From Lingula anatina (lineage: Eukaryota; Animalia; Brachiopoda), in contig CM120640.1 in the NCBI GenBank assembly GCA_051362555.1, positions 63,466,788 through 63,530,787 of the forward strand: 64,000 nucleotides of DNA. The letters are read 5' to 3'. A program made the position numbers and the translations under genes. The notes beneath the pieces are model-generated. The model did no database searches. It was not told where the DNA came from and saw only the letters and a program-made list of their open reading frames with translations. Below, piece by piece: positions 1 through 12,110 of the stretch (positions within the stretch are counted from its first letter, which is position 1; each line of letters opens with the position of its first letter).

Positions 1-2634
1 ATACATGGAAGTAAAATACATCCCATTTCAACAAATGCAAATCTGTGTTCATAATAGGCGATCTACTATATATTTTTGTGAGAGAACGTATCAGAGGATA
101 TTTCTTAAACCCCCATCTATTTTAGAAATTGATAAAAAGATGTTGACATGCAGCACCGCTCAATATTTTGTGCTGTCCTTTTTATTAAAAAAATTTTTCT
201 TTTGATGTTGAAAAGTACTAATGGATATGGGAGGCTTTCTCGAAAATGTGTCGACAAAATTATTGTACATACCAGACCAGCCTTCGATCTCCCCTTTGCC
301 CCCTGAAAAAGTCAAATGTGAGAAAATAATCAAGACAGGATTGACATGTAAAGAAAATCTCAATAAAACTGTATAGGTATATGTTGAAGCAGAAATTCTG
401 CTTTTAACTATTGTAATGACATACACAAATGTATGCGACTGTGCAAATATTTGATTTACAAGTTAATTAAGGTGCTTCAGTAACGAATAATGGAAATGGA
501 AAATCATCACAATGACTTATTTAACTACTCTATGATATAAGTTTAGTAACAACCAAATGGCTTTCGTTGCGTGATATAACAAACATGAACTAGATTAGAA
601 ATAAGAAAAAGAATTGTACCGATTAAAGAAAGGTTGAATTCATGCAGGAGTCCGTTTAGCAAAAAAGCTATAATTATATATCGAAAATAAATGATAACCA
701 ACCACATCGGTGCTTTAACATTGTGTGGAAAATATTCAGTGTGTGTTGATCTATATTCTAACATCAATAAACTTGAAAGCATATTATAACGTGAAGTTGT
801 TATCCGTGTCTTATTTGATATGTGCTCTTTGCCTTATTCACATGCGGGTTAATCAGTCTTTCCTGACCCAAATAACGTTTCTGGGCTTTAATGTACGGTT
901 GCAGTGTTTTGTGTTTACATAGTTGCCAAGGATAAAATGAAATAAAGCGCGCGCAGTAGTAGCAATCTCTGCTGTGCAGCACTGAATGTCTGGGACTTTA
1001 GCTTATCCATCAAGCACGGCCCGTTACCATGCAAATGTTGATAAGTGATAAATCACTCCTTGCTATGCGGGTCCAAACAATTTTCCCTGAGTCAAACCTT
1101 CTCGAATGATCAGTTATATACAATAAGAGAAATTCCACAGAAGGCACTTGACACAAACTACATACAAAATATATGTATTCAGGTTTAGATATCATGTGAC
1201 AGAATACTTGCTAAATCGAAATACTAAGTCAGTGATCGGAGTAATGTGTGCCTACAAATGCGTACTGATAAACAGTTGAAATGTGAAAAAATCCTAAAAT
1301 GTTAACCGTATATAAAACAAGTAGCAATTTTTATGGCCATTCAAACTCTTTCGATAGGGTTACTCACCTTTTTCTTGGACATTTTAATTCATTTATATAA
1401 TGGCCCTCGTGGAGCGGCGGTCATCTTATTCACTCTGTGTTCAATACACCTCGACTCCTACTGGCGGAAATTTATAAGCAATCGTCTCTTCGAGTTTCCT
1501 CTGCCTATTTCAGAATCCAAAGAAATTTAACATCAACTGGATTATTTTTCTTACACTAGGTATATCCGAGCATAACTACCCCAGTAAAAGTGGACTCTGA
1601 TATTTGTTTCCCTCTTCGCGCAGGTCTCTAAACAGTATGACTTGACATACATACACACAGGGCATCATAGCCGATTGCACACCACTATCGGCGTGCGTGT
1701 GAAGCAGTGGTTGCATAGTGATACGCTCTCAATACTAATGTAAATACGTATGGCTAGTAGTACACACGCGCTATTCATACCCATTCAGTACATTTATGTT
1801 CACAAACTGTTGTTTGAAAGTTTGCTGTATACATTTCTTCAGATTGCGGAACAAAGATGTCTACCTAATCCACTTTCTCATAAATACAGATATTTGAATG
1901 CTTTCTGTATCAACAGCCGTTTTGGTAAATATTATTCATTCTCTACGGATGACTAGCCATCAAATACAAACTTGAATTAAGATTACTATATGGAGCCTAT
2001 CAAGTCATAGGTCTACATATACATTGCAATTTTATACGCTCTTAGTTGAATAATTGCGTTATCGTCTTACACTTGATTGAAATTGATGTTGCCGTAAAAA
2101 TAACGTATAAGAAAAAATGTCATGGTCTGTTTTCAAAATAAATACCCAGTCAATGAAATACAGGGTGATTTTTCTTTATTGAAATGAATGCTGCTTTAGA
2201 TATTATTATAATCCAAACGTTGATACTAATCGAATGTTACAGTGGCATAGCCGTTATTTTTCTGTTAAAACATCTACATGTATGTCTTGGCGGTGAACTC
2301 TCAAAATAAGAATGTATTTTTAAGAGCTTCCCTCTCCAGGTTGCAAATTTTGTCTCCATCAACGATATTCACATATTCTCAACTAACGCATTCGTACATT
2401 CGGTAGAAGCATAAAATGAAGTATAAAGAAAGGCCTAAGATATTGTTCATTTAAGACAATTAATTATGACAATCTTGCATTGGTGACAAAATGACATATA
2501 CTCGAATAGAATAGTAAAACAAAATGGTTCTCAATAATGATGTTGACTGAGAGAAAAAAAAATAAGGTGACTATAAATATATGTAGATCTAAAGCAGAGA
2601 AATGTCATAGATGGAATATTTTTTCTTAGCACGC

Positions 2635-2635
<1 letters not shown>

Positions 2636-2699
<64 letters not shown>
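2636..2699. repeat. (TTA)n microsatellite
   Basis: Uninterrupted ttattatta... run, seen directly; it explains the poly-N tail of spurious ORF 2626..3030. Confidence 0.95.
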
Positions 2700-2700
<1 letters not shown>

Positions 2701-3169
2701 CCAAGCCATTCTATTTAAAATGGTATTCATGCCAAAACTTGCTTTTTTTTCGCTGACACTAATTGAAGAGCAAAATGAAAGAACGAAAAGTTTTGATCTC
2801 TCGATTTGACAAATATTTGTTGAGCATTGTATTACTGTGATTGGCGACTCTATTCCATAATCCTTAGTAAAAAAATGTTTAATAGAAATTTCACACAACC
2901 ATAATTTCAGCCGCGTGCATGGAAAACAACAGAAAAGAAAAATGAAAACCCAACAAAAATTGATTTGATTTTTATGTTTATTCATTTCTTCCGTAAGCCG
3001 TGCCCTGGGGCAACTTTGTTCACTAACCATCGTACTCAGCCAATGTTTTGATAAATATTATTTCTGAATAGACGTGTATGTCTTTAGATATATGATGAGT
3101 TTAAATGCCTAAATGTCATGTTCTGATTGTCCAAAAAGTAAAAGGGTTGGGAGTTGGTCCAATCTGCTT

Positions 3170-4195
3170 TCATGCGCTCTTTCTTGCTCTTCTTCTTCTT
3201 CTTCTTCTGCGTGCAGGAGCTTTGCGAGCTCTGCGTGGAGCCCTGCGTGCCTTGCTTGCTTTACGGGAGCGGGAGCGGCGCCTGCGGGACTTGGAGCGTG
3301 CCTTACTGGCCTTGCGGGATCGGGAACGTCTGGCGCTGCGGGAACGGCCACGTTTACTTGCAGAACGGGCACGTCTTCTCTTGCTAGCTGAACGGCCACG
3401 CCTCTTCCTGCTGGCGGAGCGGGCACGTTTCTTGCTTCTTGAGCGAGATCGCTTAGAAGCAGATCGTCCTCTACGTTTGGATGCAGAGCGGGCTTTCCTT
3501 TTTCGAGCGGGAGCTACTGCTGCAGCCACTTCTTCAGCTGCTGCTGCTGCTGCAGCTGCTGCAGCCTTTTTGGAGCGACTACGACGGGCGCGACGGGCAG
3601 ATTTTGAACGGCTACGGCGACGACCCGATCTAGAGCGTGCCCTCTGAAAAATAAAAAGAAAGTTAACATAAAATTCAATTAGCGAATGATAAAGTAAGTA
3701 ATGCTAGGGGGTTTAAGGCAAGTTCTTATTCTTGGTATTTTTCAAATAACAGATATTAACCGAACGAAAAAAATTACCTTAGCCACGGCTTTGGCTGCTT
3801 TTCTGACTCGGGATTTTGGTCTGGCGGCTAGAAAATAATTTTTTTTTGAAGTAAGAAAATCAAGTACAGTCAATATATAAAAACCCAAATCTAAATTTTA
3901 AATCGATGCTTTGTTTTGTTTTTTTAACAAAGTTAAAAAAACTAATAATGATTAAAACTATTTTGCACAAAAGAGAGAGAGAGAGAGAACAGATAGATGG
4001 CTCTACTTATCAAGTGGTTACCGAAATTCTAGTAACTTTTCAATACCAATAATAAATGTAACACATAACAAAACTAAACAATAAATGAAAAAAAAAATTA
4101 CCTCTCTTAGTTCTTCTCTTGGTAACACCGCCAGCTACCCTGCGCACAGGTGATTTTGCACTTCTACTACGAGAACGAGCCCTCTTTGGTGCCAT
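3170..4195 (-). CDS. Protamine-like sperm nuclear basic protein, 3 exons, ~205 aa
   Basis: Exons 4195-4102, 3827-3778 and 3643-3170 have GT-AG junctions and join in frame (618 nt). Translation MAPKRARSRSRSAKSPVRR...RSRSKKAAAAAAAAAAEEVAAAVAPARKRKARSASKRRGRSAS...RRRRRRRRARKSA* is almost all R/K/S/A, with RS tracts typical of molluscan protamines. AATAAA on the minus strand at 2977-2982. Confidence 0.88.
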
Positions 4196-4279
4196 GGCTA
4201 AGAAGTCTGCTGATCAGCGTGCTGTCGTTGCAGATTCCAAAGTTAGTCTGCCGGATGCAGCAGGAACGCAAGGCAGCGT

Positions 4280-4318
4280 TGACGTTAGAGAACGTGTTCG
4301 TGACATACGATAACGTCA
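4280..4318 (-). promoter_or_regulatory. Pair of CRE-like sites upstream of the protamine-like gene
   Basis: TGACGTTA (4280-4287) and TAACGTCA (4311-4318) are each one mismatch from TGACGTCA, are inverted relative to each other, and lie 85-125 bp upstream of the ATG. Confidence 0.4.
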
Positions 4319-4628
4319 CTCGCGAACACATTGCCATTGTTCGCAATACAGGTTGTGCCGTGGCGTAGATCTAGTGCTATCGCTGCTAATATCAGCTCGC
4401 AACGTGGACCATAATCTAGATTTACAGCGTGTGACAGCGAACTTTATCAGAGTTTAACTAAAACTGTTTTTGTTACACCTCAAAAACAGAAAAAGACGCC
4501 CACATGAAAATATTTAGTTAAATATAATCCAAAATTTCGATGAATTTCGGTATATTCAATGTGAACTAATAGCTAGGCCTATTCAGATTTAAGTAGCAGT
4601 ATCTTATTCAACAACATACAGTAATAAC

Positions 4629-4865
4629 GGGGCGGATCCAGGATTATTTGTAGGGGGGTCCGTGGATGGAAAGCAGACCCCCCCCCCCCCTTCGCGTGGG
4701 GTTCGGAACTATAATTCCGCTAGTAAAAATTCTAATTTGAAGACGGAGCCTTTGGTGTGTGTTTTTTTTTCCAGAAATTGAAGGGGAAATCAGGACCCCC
4801 CTGACCCCCCCTCCCTCCCCAAAAAAATAATAATAAATAATAATAATAATTGAAAAAATCCGCCA
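4629..4865. repeat. GGGGCGGATCCAGG-family interspersed repeat (MITE-like)
   Basis: Starts ggggcggatccaggattattt, the same as at 5745; a degenerate inverted end atccgcca lies near 4858-4865; related termini occur at 49803-49974. Confidence 0.5.
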
Positions 4866-5459
4866 CAGTAATATAATATAGGTGTGTAGGGTATTCAGGT
4901 TAATTTCTCTTCGAATGTGAAGCATATGGCCTAGTGCGATGTAAATCCTAAGATCGCAAGATCTATAGTAGATTCTAATAGTTTAACCGGATGGTTTAGG
5001 ACTTTATCGTTTTTCCATGTCACTGACAAAAGAATAACGCTGAAAAACGATACAAGTTAAATGTTGCCTTATTATTGGTGTCAGGTTACTGCATGTAGAT
5101 CTACCCAAAGATCTTTGCGGCACACCTGAATAAATACTATTAGTTTGTCTCAGTGACGCAAGGTGTCAGTATTGTACTTACCCGGCAAAATCCAAGAGAA
5201 CCTCCAGAACAAAGGTGTGAAGGAAAATTCCACCGAAAACCCCCCATCCCATTCCTTTGTTTAACAGCGTCAGGCCAAGCTACACATTCCATGACCAGCA
5301 TTTTTTGCCTTAATATTTCCCCAATATTTATGCTGTACGCTGTGGTTGACAAAAAGTAAGGTACGTTTTCTGTGCATGTGAGTAGAGCGTGATCCTTAGC
5401 TTGCATCAGCCGAACGATTTAATTTGATATGTCATGGAAGAAACAGCTGATCGCCGGCA

Positions 5460-5522
5460 TATATAAGCGACGTGCGTTTTCATCAGCTTCCATTTCCTTT
5501 GGCTCGTCCTCCGCTGTCACCG
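5460..5522 (+). promoter_or_regulatory. Probable TATA box and non-coding first exon of PSPH
   Basis: TATATAA at 5460-5466 in CpG-containing sequence, followed by a pyrimidine-rich stretch and a strong donor G|gtaagt at 5522/5523. An acceptor (ttctactttacag) precedes the PSPH ATG exon at ~6941. Confidence 0.55.
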
Positions 5523-6958
5523 GTAAGTTTTGGTCGATCTAGTTGTTTTCTATTAAATTGTGGCATTTAATTGCGAGTCGAATTATTAAACATAATTAGT
5601 AATATGGAAGTTGAATTAGAACTGGGACAGGTTACGCGTTGCCCATGCGTGTATTTGGTTGTTATGGACGAAAAATGATATGATATTTTCGTCTTAATGA
5701 AGACTGCAAATTTATAAAGCATACAATGAATACAGTGTAGTCCAGGGGCGGATCCAGGATTATTTTAAGGGGGGAGGGGGGTCCGCTTAAGGGCCCTGAA
5801 AACTTATGGTATTTCAGAGGGCGAACGGTGCCATTTGGCATGGTTTAGAACTATGATTCAGCTGACATGCCAGGCATTGCAACATTCAAAGTCCTTCATT
5901 GTATTTTTTCTCAAAATATTCAGGAAAATTGGAACAAAAAGAAAAAGATTTTTAAAAAAGTTAATGAGAATTAAACATACAGTGCATGAAATCAAAATTC
6001 ACTGGCTCAACATTTAGCCTGTACATTTATAAAAGGAATTGGAGTACATGTTACAGTAGAAAAAAATCCACTGACCTGGTCAGGCCAGTAGTTAACTGTT
6101 TTTCAGAAATTTTACCAGCCCGGTCCCAATTTTTATTAGCATATTCATTAGAGCCAGTGGTTAATGTCGTAGACTGTCACAGTGTTAGCAGTAAAGGATG
6201 TGACAATGTAAATGAGGATGATGAAATGACTATTTTATAGTAGCCAAAATTTCAATGTAAGTGCATTCTATTACCATGTACATGCATGCCAGAGTGCAAA
6301 CTGTTTAAATGAATAGATTTCTAAAGTGAAAAATGTGAATTATGTTCACAGTAAGTTTTTGGTCTTCTTAGTTCCACTTGATTTTAAAGTCATGTTTTTA
6401 AGTGTGAACCATGTACACATTGGCATCATACTAACATGTTGCGTCCTTTTGAAATAAATCACAAGTGAGATCATACGGAATACATGTAATCATCCTCTTT
6501 TTAGAAGCCAAGGAGAGAAAAATCGGGTATATATGTCTGAGTTTAAAACTGGGCAGAATAGTGGTTAATTTTTTACTAAAATATTTAAGGTTATAGTTAT
6601 ATATATGTCAAAAATATTATTTTTAAGTGTCTGAATTTTTAAGCATGTCAGTATTATTAATAAATAGTATTTTATTTTACTTTTTAAGCATCAAAAAACT
6701 TGGATTTGAGTGTAAATTCTTTGTTCAGTTAAATGTAAAAACATATCTAGAGTTCTTCTTTCTCTCCTGAATATTTTAAGTAGTCATTTGTGTGCTCATG
6801 AGTGTATCATGCAAATATCACCCCAGTGCATGACATTATACTACTTTAATGGAGGTGATATGGTCAGAGAATGTCACTCAGCAAGAGAGTCTAATAAAAT
6901 CCGTAATTCAACTATTTTAAAGAGAGAATTCTACTTTACAGAGCACCATCACATCAAC

Positions 6959-8317
6959 ATGCTGACCAAAGAAGCTGTGAAGCAAATCTGGAGGTCAGCA
7001 GACGCTGTCTGCTTTGATGTGGACTCTACAGTGATAGAGGATGAAGCTATAGATGAAATGGCAGAATTTTGTGGAGTTGGGGAGCAAGTTGCAGCGTGGT
7101 GAGTTTATTTTGGGTAACTGTAAGATAAGAAAAGGCATGGAACATTGACCTTTTATCAGGTGCTTAAACTTTTCCAGCATGTGAGCATTTTTCTAGTTAA
7201 GCTGGCTATGTAGATTTTCTCTCCTGCCCCCCCACCCCCACCTACCACCAGAAGAAAAAAGTAAAAAAAAAGAAATAAGATTTTGAGAATGTTGAAGCAC
7301 AAGCTAACATGTTTATACGCATTTTGTAAAAAAAATTATAATAAACTTAACTTCTGTTAACTTTGGACTTCTTAACAATCAGTTGACTTGTTTTGAACTT
7401 CAGCACTAGCCTTGGAGATTTTTTTCCTTAATAAATAAAAGAACACCCACCATCAGTTGTATAATTTGTGCATGCAGGAAAGCCCCAAGAAGTCCCTAGT
7501 TGTTATAAACTAATCAAATTAAATCTATTATTTTTCTTTGCATGTATTTCAGGACTAAGAAAGCTATGGGAGGTTCAGTATCATTCCGTGAGGCTCTTCA
7601 AGAAAGACTAAAGATTATAAATGCAACGGAAAAACAAGTACAAGATTTTGTGGAGAATAACCCACCAAAGTTTACCAAAGGAATAGAGTATGTTATTATT
7701 TTGTATTTGTTCTAAAATATGTAACATCTCTTTGTATACTTATGACTGTTATCTTTTAAAAGAAAATTTAATGGTACTTAAAATAATAATTAAAATAAAA
7801 AAAGAGCTGGATTAAAAGAAAATGTAATTTGTACCATGGCTTTGAATGCACAAACTTTTGAAAAGAGATATTTCAGTACTAAAAACTCTGTCCATATCAT
7901 GTGAAAAATAGCATCATCAGTACAGATAGGTATCTAGAAGGCACAGTACACTGTAGGTTTTACAGGTTTCTGTGTGCAGCGGAGGATAGTTGCACAAATT
8001 AGAAAGAAGAAAAAAACAAGAAACAAGATGGGTCTTCTTTATTTATTTATTAAGACCACATGCTTTTGTTTTTTATTTGCTGATTGAATTTTTAATGTAT
8101 TAAATGAATACTTAATCTAATTTTGTTCTAAATGAATACTCTTTGTTTTGTAGAACTCTCATTAAGCTTCTCCAAAGACGAGGGGTCCCTGTATACTTAG
8201 TGTCTGGTGGCTTTAAACAGGTGATCCTGCCCGCTGCAAGACTATTAAAGATACCAGCTGATAGGGTCTTTGCGAACGTTTTATTATTTGAAGATGGTAA
8301 GGATACCAGCATTCAAA

Positions 8318-8361
<44 letters not shown>

Positions 8362-9613
8362 CAAAACTGGGCTCCCTTTCAATATATTGGTTTAAAATTT
8401 CCAACAAAAATGTGTTCCATTGTATAAAATTTACCATTCTGTACATTTTATTTAAACTGTTATTGGAATTATTGACTGAAAATTGCCAAAAGATTCTGTC
8501 AAACAAAATGAAATATAACATGTTTAAGGGATAATGACTCTTCATTCTGGCCAAAAAAATAATTTTCCTGGAGTAAACAATAATTTTCCAATACTTACCA
8601 ATGGTTAGTGAATCCATGTTTACAATCAAAGTTAGTCCTTGTTTTTTTCTAAAAAGTTTGTTTTTTTGTTATAATTTCTTAAGAGATTATAACAGAGTAT
8701 TGCCATCAATAGAGGTCACGTGGTCTAAAGACAAGCTCAGTTATCAGAATAATAGCTATAACTGCCGTTTTTGTGGTAAAACAGAATATATGATATTTCT
8801 ATAAGTTGTTCACAATGTTTTTATTGCAAAATATGGAACTCATATGAAGAGTTATTATCCCTTTAATAATAGAGGGACTGTCCATAGAATTAAGTATTTT
8901 AAAAAATTTAAGCTGATGAATACATGTTACACAATTGAAAATGAACTACATAATTAAGTGAAGCTTTGTGAGATGGTATTAAATCAGACGTCAAATTTTA
9001 ATTGTGAATTGACTTTTATTTTTGATGTCAGTCAGTTCCTAAACATTTACCCTATGTTCAATCTGCAGGGAAGTATGCAGGTTTTGACAAGGAACAGCCA
9101 ACATCAGAATCCGGAGGCAAAGGGCGTGTCATCAGTATCTTGAAGAAGAAGTATGGTTATCAGAAACTTGTGATGATAGGAGATGGGGCCACTGATATGG
9201 AAGCCTGTCCACCAGGGGTAAGATATTTTTCTTTCTTATTTTTGATTAAAAATGGCATATCAGGGATGCAAAAATGTTACAATAATATGTGCATTATATG
9301 GAAAAACGGCATGCGCCACTCATGAAAATTTCGGAGCTTGTGCTTGAATTTTTTGAATGCAATGGGCTATGAATAAGCTGCCTTCATAATGGAATATGCA
9401 TAAGTTTTTAGTGATAATTTTCATATTACAGGTTTACCAAATGTTGAAAATTAAATCTGAAAAAAAAAAATTGTATGAATACATGAGTTAACGTTTTTTT
9501 TCCAGGATGCATTTATTGGATTTGGTGGCAATCAGATCAGACAAAAAGTCCAGCTGGAGGCCAAGTGGTTTGTAACGGACTTCAATGAATTGATCAGTGA
9601 GCTTTCCAGATGA
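6959..9613 (+). CDS. PSPH: Phosphoserine phosphatase (HAD family), 5 coding exons, 224 aa
   Basis: Exons 6959-7098, 7553-7687, 8154-8296, 9069-9217, 9506-9613 (675 nt, in frame). HAD motifs DAVCFDVDST, LVSGGF, SESGGK, MIGDGATDMEA and the C-terminal FIGFGGN are all present. Confidence 0.97.
8318..8360. repeat. (GT)n microsatellite in a PSPH intron
   Basis: Seen directly. Confidence 0.95.
8527..8862. mobile_element. Kolobok-like MITE, copy 1
   Basis: TIRs agggataatgactcttcat / atgaagagttattatccct in TTAA context; highly similar to 18689-19031 in the opposite orientation. Purine termini with TTAA target sites fit Kolobok. Confidence 0.75.
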
Positions 9614-12110
9614 TGTCAACATCTAGGATGCTGAGGAATGATTAGTTTGTACTGTACTTAGCAACTTAAAAGGAGTATAGAAATGAAGACCCTGGAAGTT
9701 GCCAGTGATTACAGGAGAGATGTCAAAAGACTTAATGAGATGATCCAGTACAGCAGTGGTATGATCTCAGCAAGTGAACTGTCCGTGATGCATGAAGCAT
9801 TTGAGAGCATCATAGGTGACCTTAGTGAGCTGAAGTGTGACACACGCCATTTTGGTCCTGGAAAAAAGAATTGTACTGTGTAGATTCTGTTAAGTCACTG
9901 CCTTGAATCATTAGTCTTTGTTCCAGACATTTCATCATTTTCAAAAGGAACCTGTATTTTACTTATCTTTTATAATTTATGTGATGTAGTATTAAATTAT
10001 GATTTGCTATGGCATGATTTAAGCCATATGTTATTTGAATCCATGTCACATAGTTTGCACAAGTACAGGCACATTGTATAAAATGCGATATCTTAGAGAC
10101 CAAAATGATATGTATGTATAAGAGAAAGTTAAGTGTGATTTATTATTGTAGCACTGGCATTAAGCCACCCTAATTTTCAGACTTGACCACAGAGGAAAAG
10201 AGGACTTTTAAAATCATTTAGTTATAACTAATTGTTATGGGACCAATGGAATTTGTGAGTATGCTTCCCTTTTGGCAAAACTCGCATTCATACTGTAGGT
10301 AATGAGAGAGATTGGACGCACAACACTTTGGAGTAAATTGGAATGCACCTTATAAGAATTTGTCCCTTGAAAGATTTGATCTCAGATATGTACTTTGTAA
10401 GTTACATTAACATGAAAAAGTGCAATAGACTTTGAATCAAGTTTACTTTTACTGTATTTAAGTCTTATATGTACTTTGATTGCCACAAAAAAACCCATAC
10501 ATGAAATTTATTCATAGCCAATAGCTAGTGTATGGTTTTAAATTGTTGAGAAACCATATGGTATTTAGCCATTAAATGGTATTCATTCATCAGTTTTGTG
10601 TCAAGTAATTGCTGTGGTTTTCCCACTGTCACTTATTTTTGCATTTAGTATTTCAATTGTTTTAGTTTAAAATACTGTGACCTGTTTCTGTTAAGCCATG
10701 TTTGTTGTGTTTGGCAAGAAAGTTCAATGTTTATTTCAGTCTCATATATTCTGGGTTTATTTTTCCTGTTAAAATCTTATCACTGCCCGCCATATTATCA
10801 CTAGTAGTGGAGTTAAATTTGTTTTTCACACTTGTTAAAATAAAAGGGACAGGGGACCAGGTCAGGAAAATGGGTCAGTTTAAGGCATTGAACCCCTATA
10901 CAGTACTAGTACCAGTATGACCCTAAAACATCTGAGTACTGTGAGAGAAATGGACATCTTATGTAAAGACTGTTAACATTTGAATTACTCTAATTGGCGG
11001 GTGCTGATTGTGTCAAATGCCACTCTGCCACTGCAAAATTTAAAACTATTTACTGTACTACTGGCATGTTGTTTTACTTGTATACCAAGTATAAGTTGAA
11101 ATTTAATCATAAACATAAACATGATGTGGAATGCACTCTTGTGCTTATTTGTTAAATATTTGGCATGCAAAAACTAGAATTGTATTCAAACTAGTGAGGA
11201 ACATTTTAGGAAATATTTTGCCAACTCCATGTGGACATTTTTAGAAAGTGATTTAATGTATTTTGTGATAAAAAACGTCTTGTTCTCAGGAACTGCATAA
11301 AAACGCTAATACAAACATTGTTTTAATTATTGCTTTTTAGAATATATCAATTCAGTGTAAGTGTCATAATTTTTAATTGACACGACAAATAATTGTAACA
11401 AGTGTTTGATTGGGGGAAGAGGCAGTAGTTTCTGGCTTCTTGTACTACCGGTACAGTGTAGTACAGTACCTGTAGGAGGGTGTCACATATGTGCCCGAAG
11501 CGGAACCATTCTCATGATCTCATCTTGATCATTTGCACATCATGCAACACTGTGCCTAGTCATAGTCATATTCAGTGTTCTCCTCATGCTGTATACTGTA
11601 ATTGTATACTGTTTTAACAAGAGTACATTATATTTTGCATTTCGGTCCATATGCTTGGGTTTGAATTGTGATCACGTTTTATTCATAATAAATAAAGCAC
11701 AATGCCCTCTGAATAAGAAGGGTTCAGAAATGGTTGTTCCTTTTTTAAATTTGAATTAATATATGGGCTTATAGTTTGTACCCTTTGAATCTGAAATAAA
11801 ATACCGGTAATGTGGACTAGAGAAAACATTTCAATTGGGCGTAAGGATAGTACTTATAAAAATACGAACGTAAGCTTAGGTGTGGTAATTGAATGCAGCT
11901 CAACTATTCTCAGTTTAACTCCCCCCACCATCCCTCAATAAAAAAAAAAAAAAAAAAATTCACCCACATCAGTTTCTTAATAATATGATTGTAATGATAG
12001 CTACGAAAAGTAACATTGTGTTATGTGCGAGCGAAGAGGATTGCTACAGCAGTCCACTTAATTATTTTTAGAAGCGGGGAATTTCCCACAATTCTACCAG
12101 AAAAACAAGG

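Noticed and set aside
2626-3030. 134-aa ORF with poly-Asn, and similar poly-CV/HT/RE ORFs near 8.3, 13.5 and 21.1 kb
   Set aside because: Translations of microsatellites, not genes.
3105-3647. Plus-strand 180-aa Leu/Arg/Ala ORF and other overlapping ORFs
   Set aside because: Antisense and alternative-frame shadows of the low-complexity protamine exon; splice sites and the poly(A) signal support the minus-strand R/K/S frame.
5990-6180. Similarity between PSPH intron 1 (~6020-6175) and ~30355-30480
   Set aside because: A real but short, degenerate interspersed repeat; I could not define termini or TSDs, so it is not annotated as an element.
9669-9685. AAGGAG before the ATG at 9683 as a Shine-Dalgarno site indicating bacterial contamination
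   Set aside because: It lies in the 3'UTR of a spliced eukaryotic gene; the whole window shows spliceosomal introns and animal transposons.
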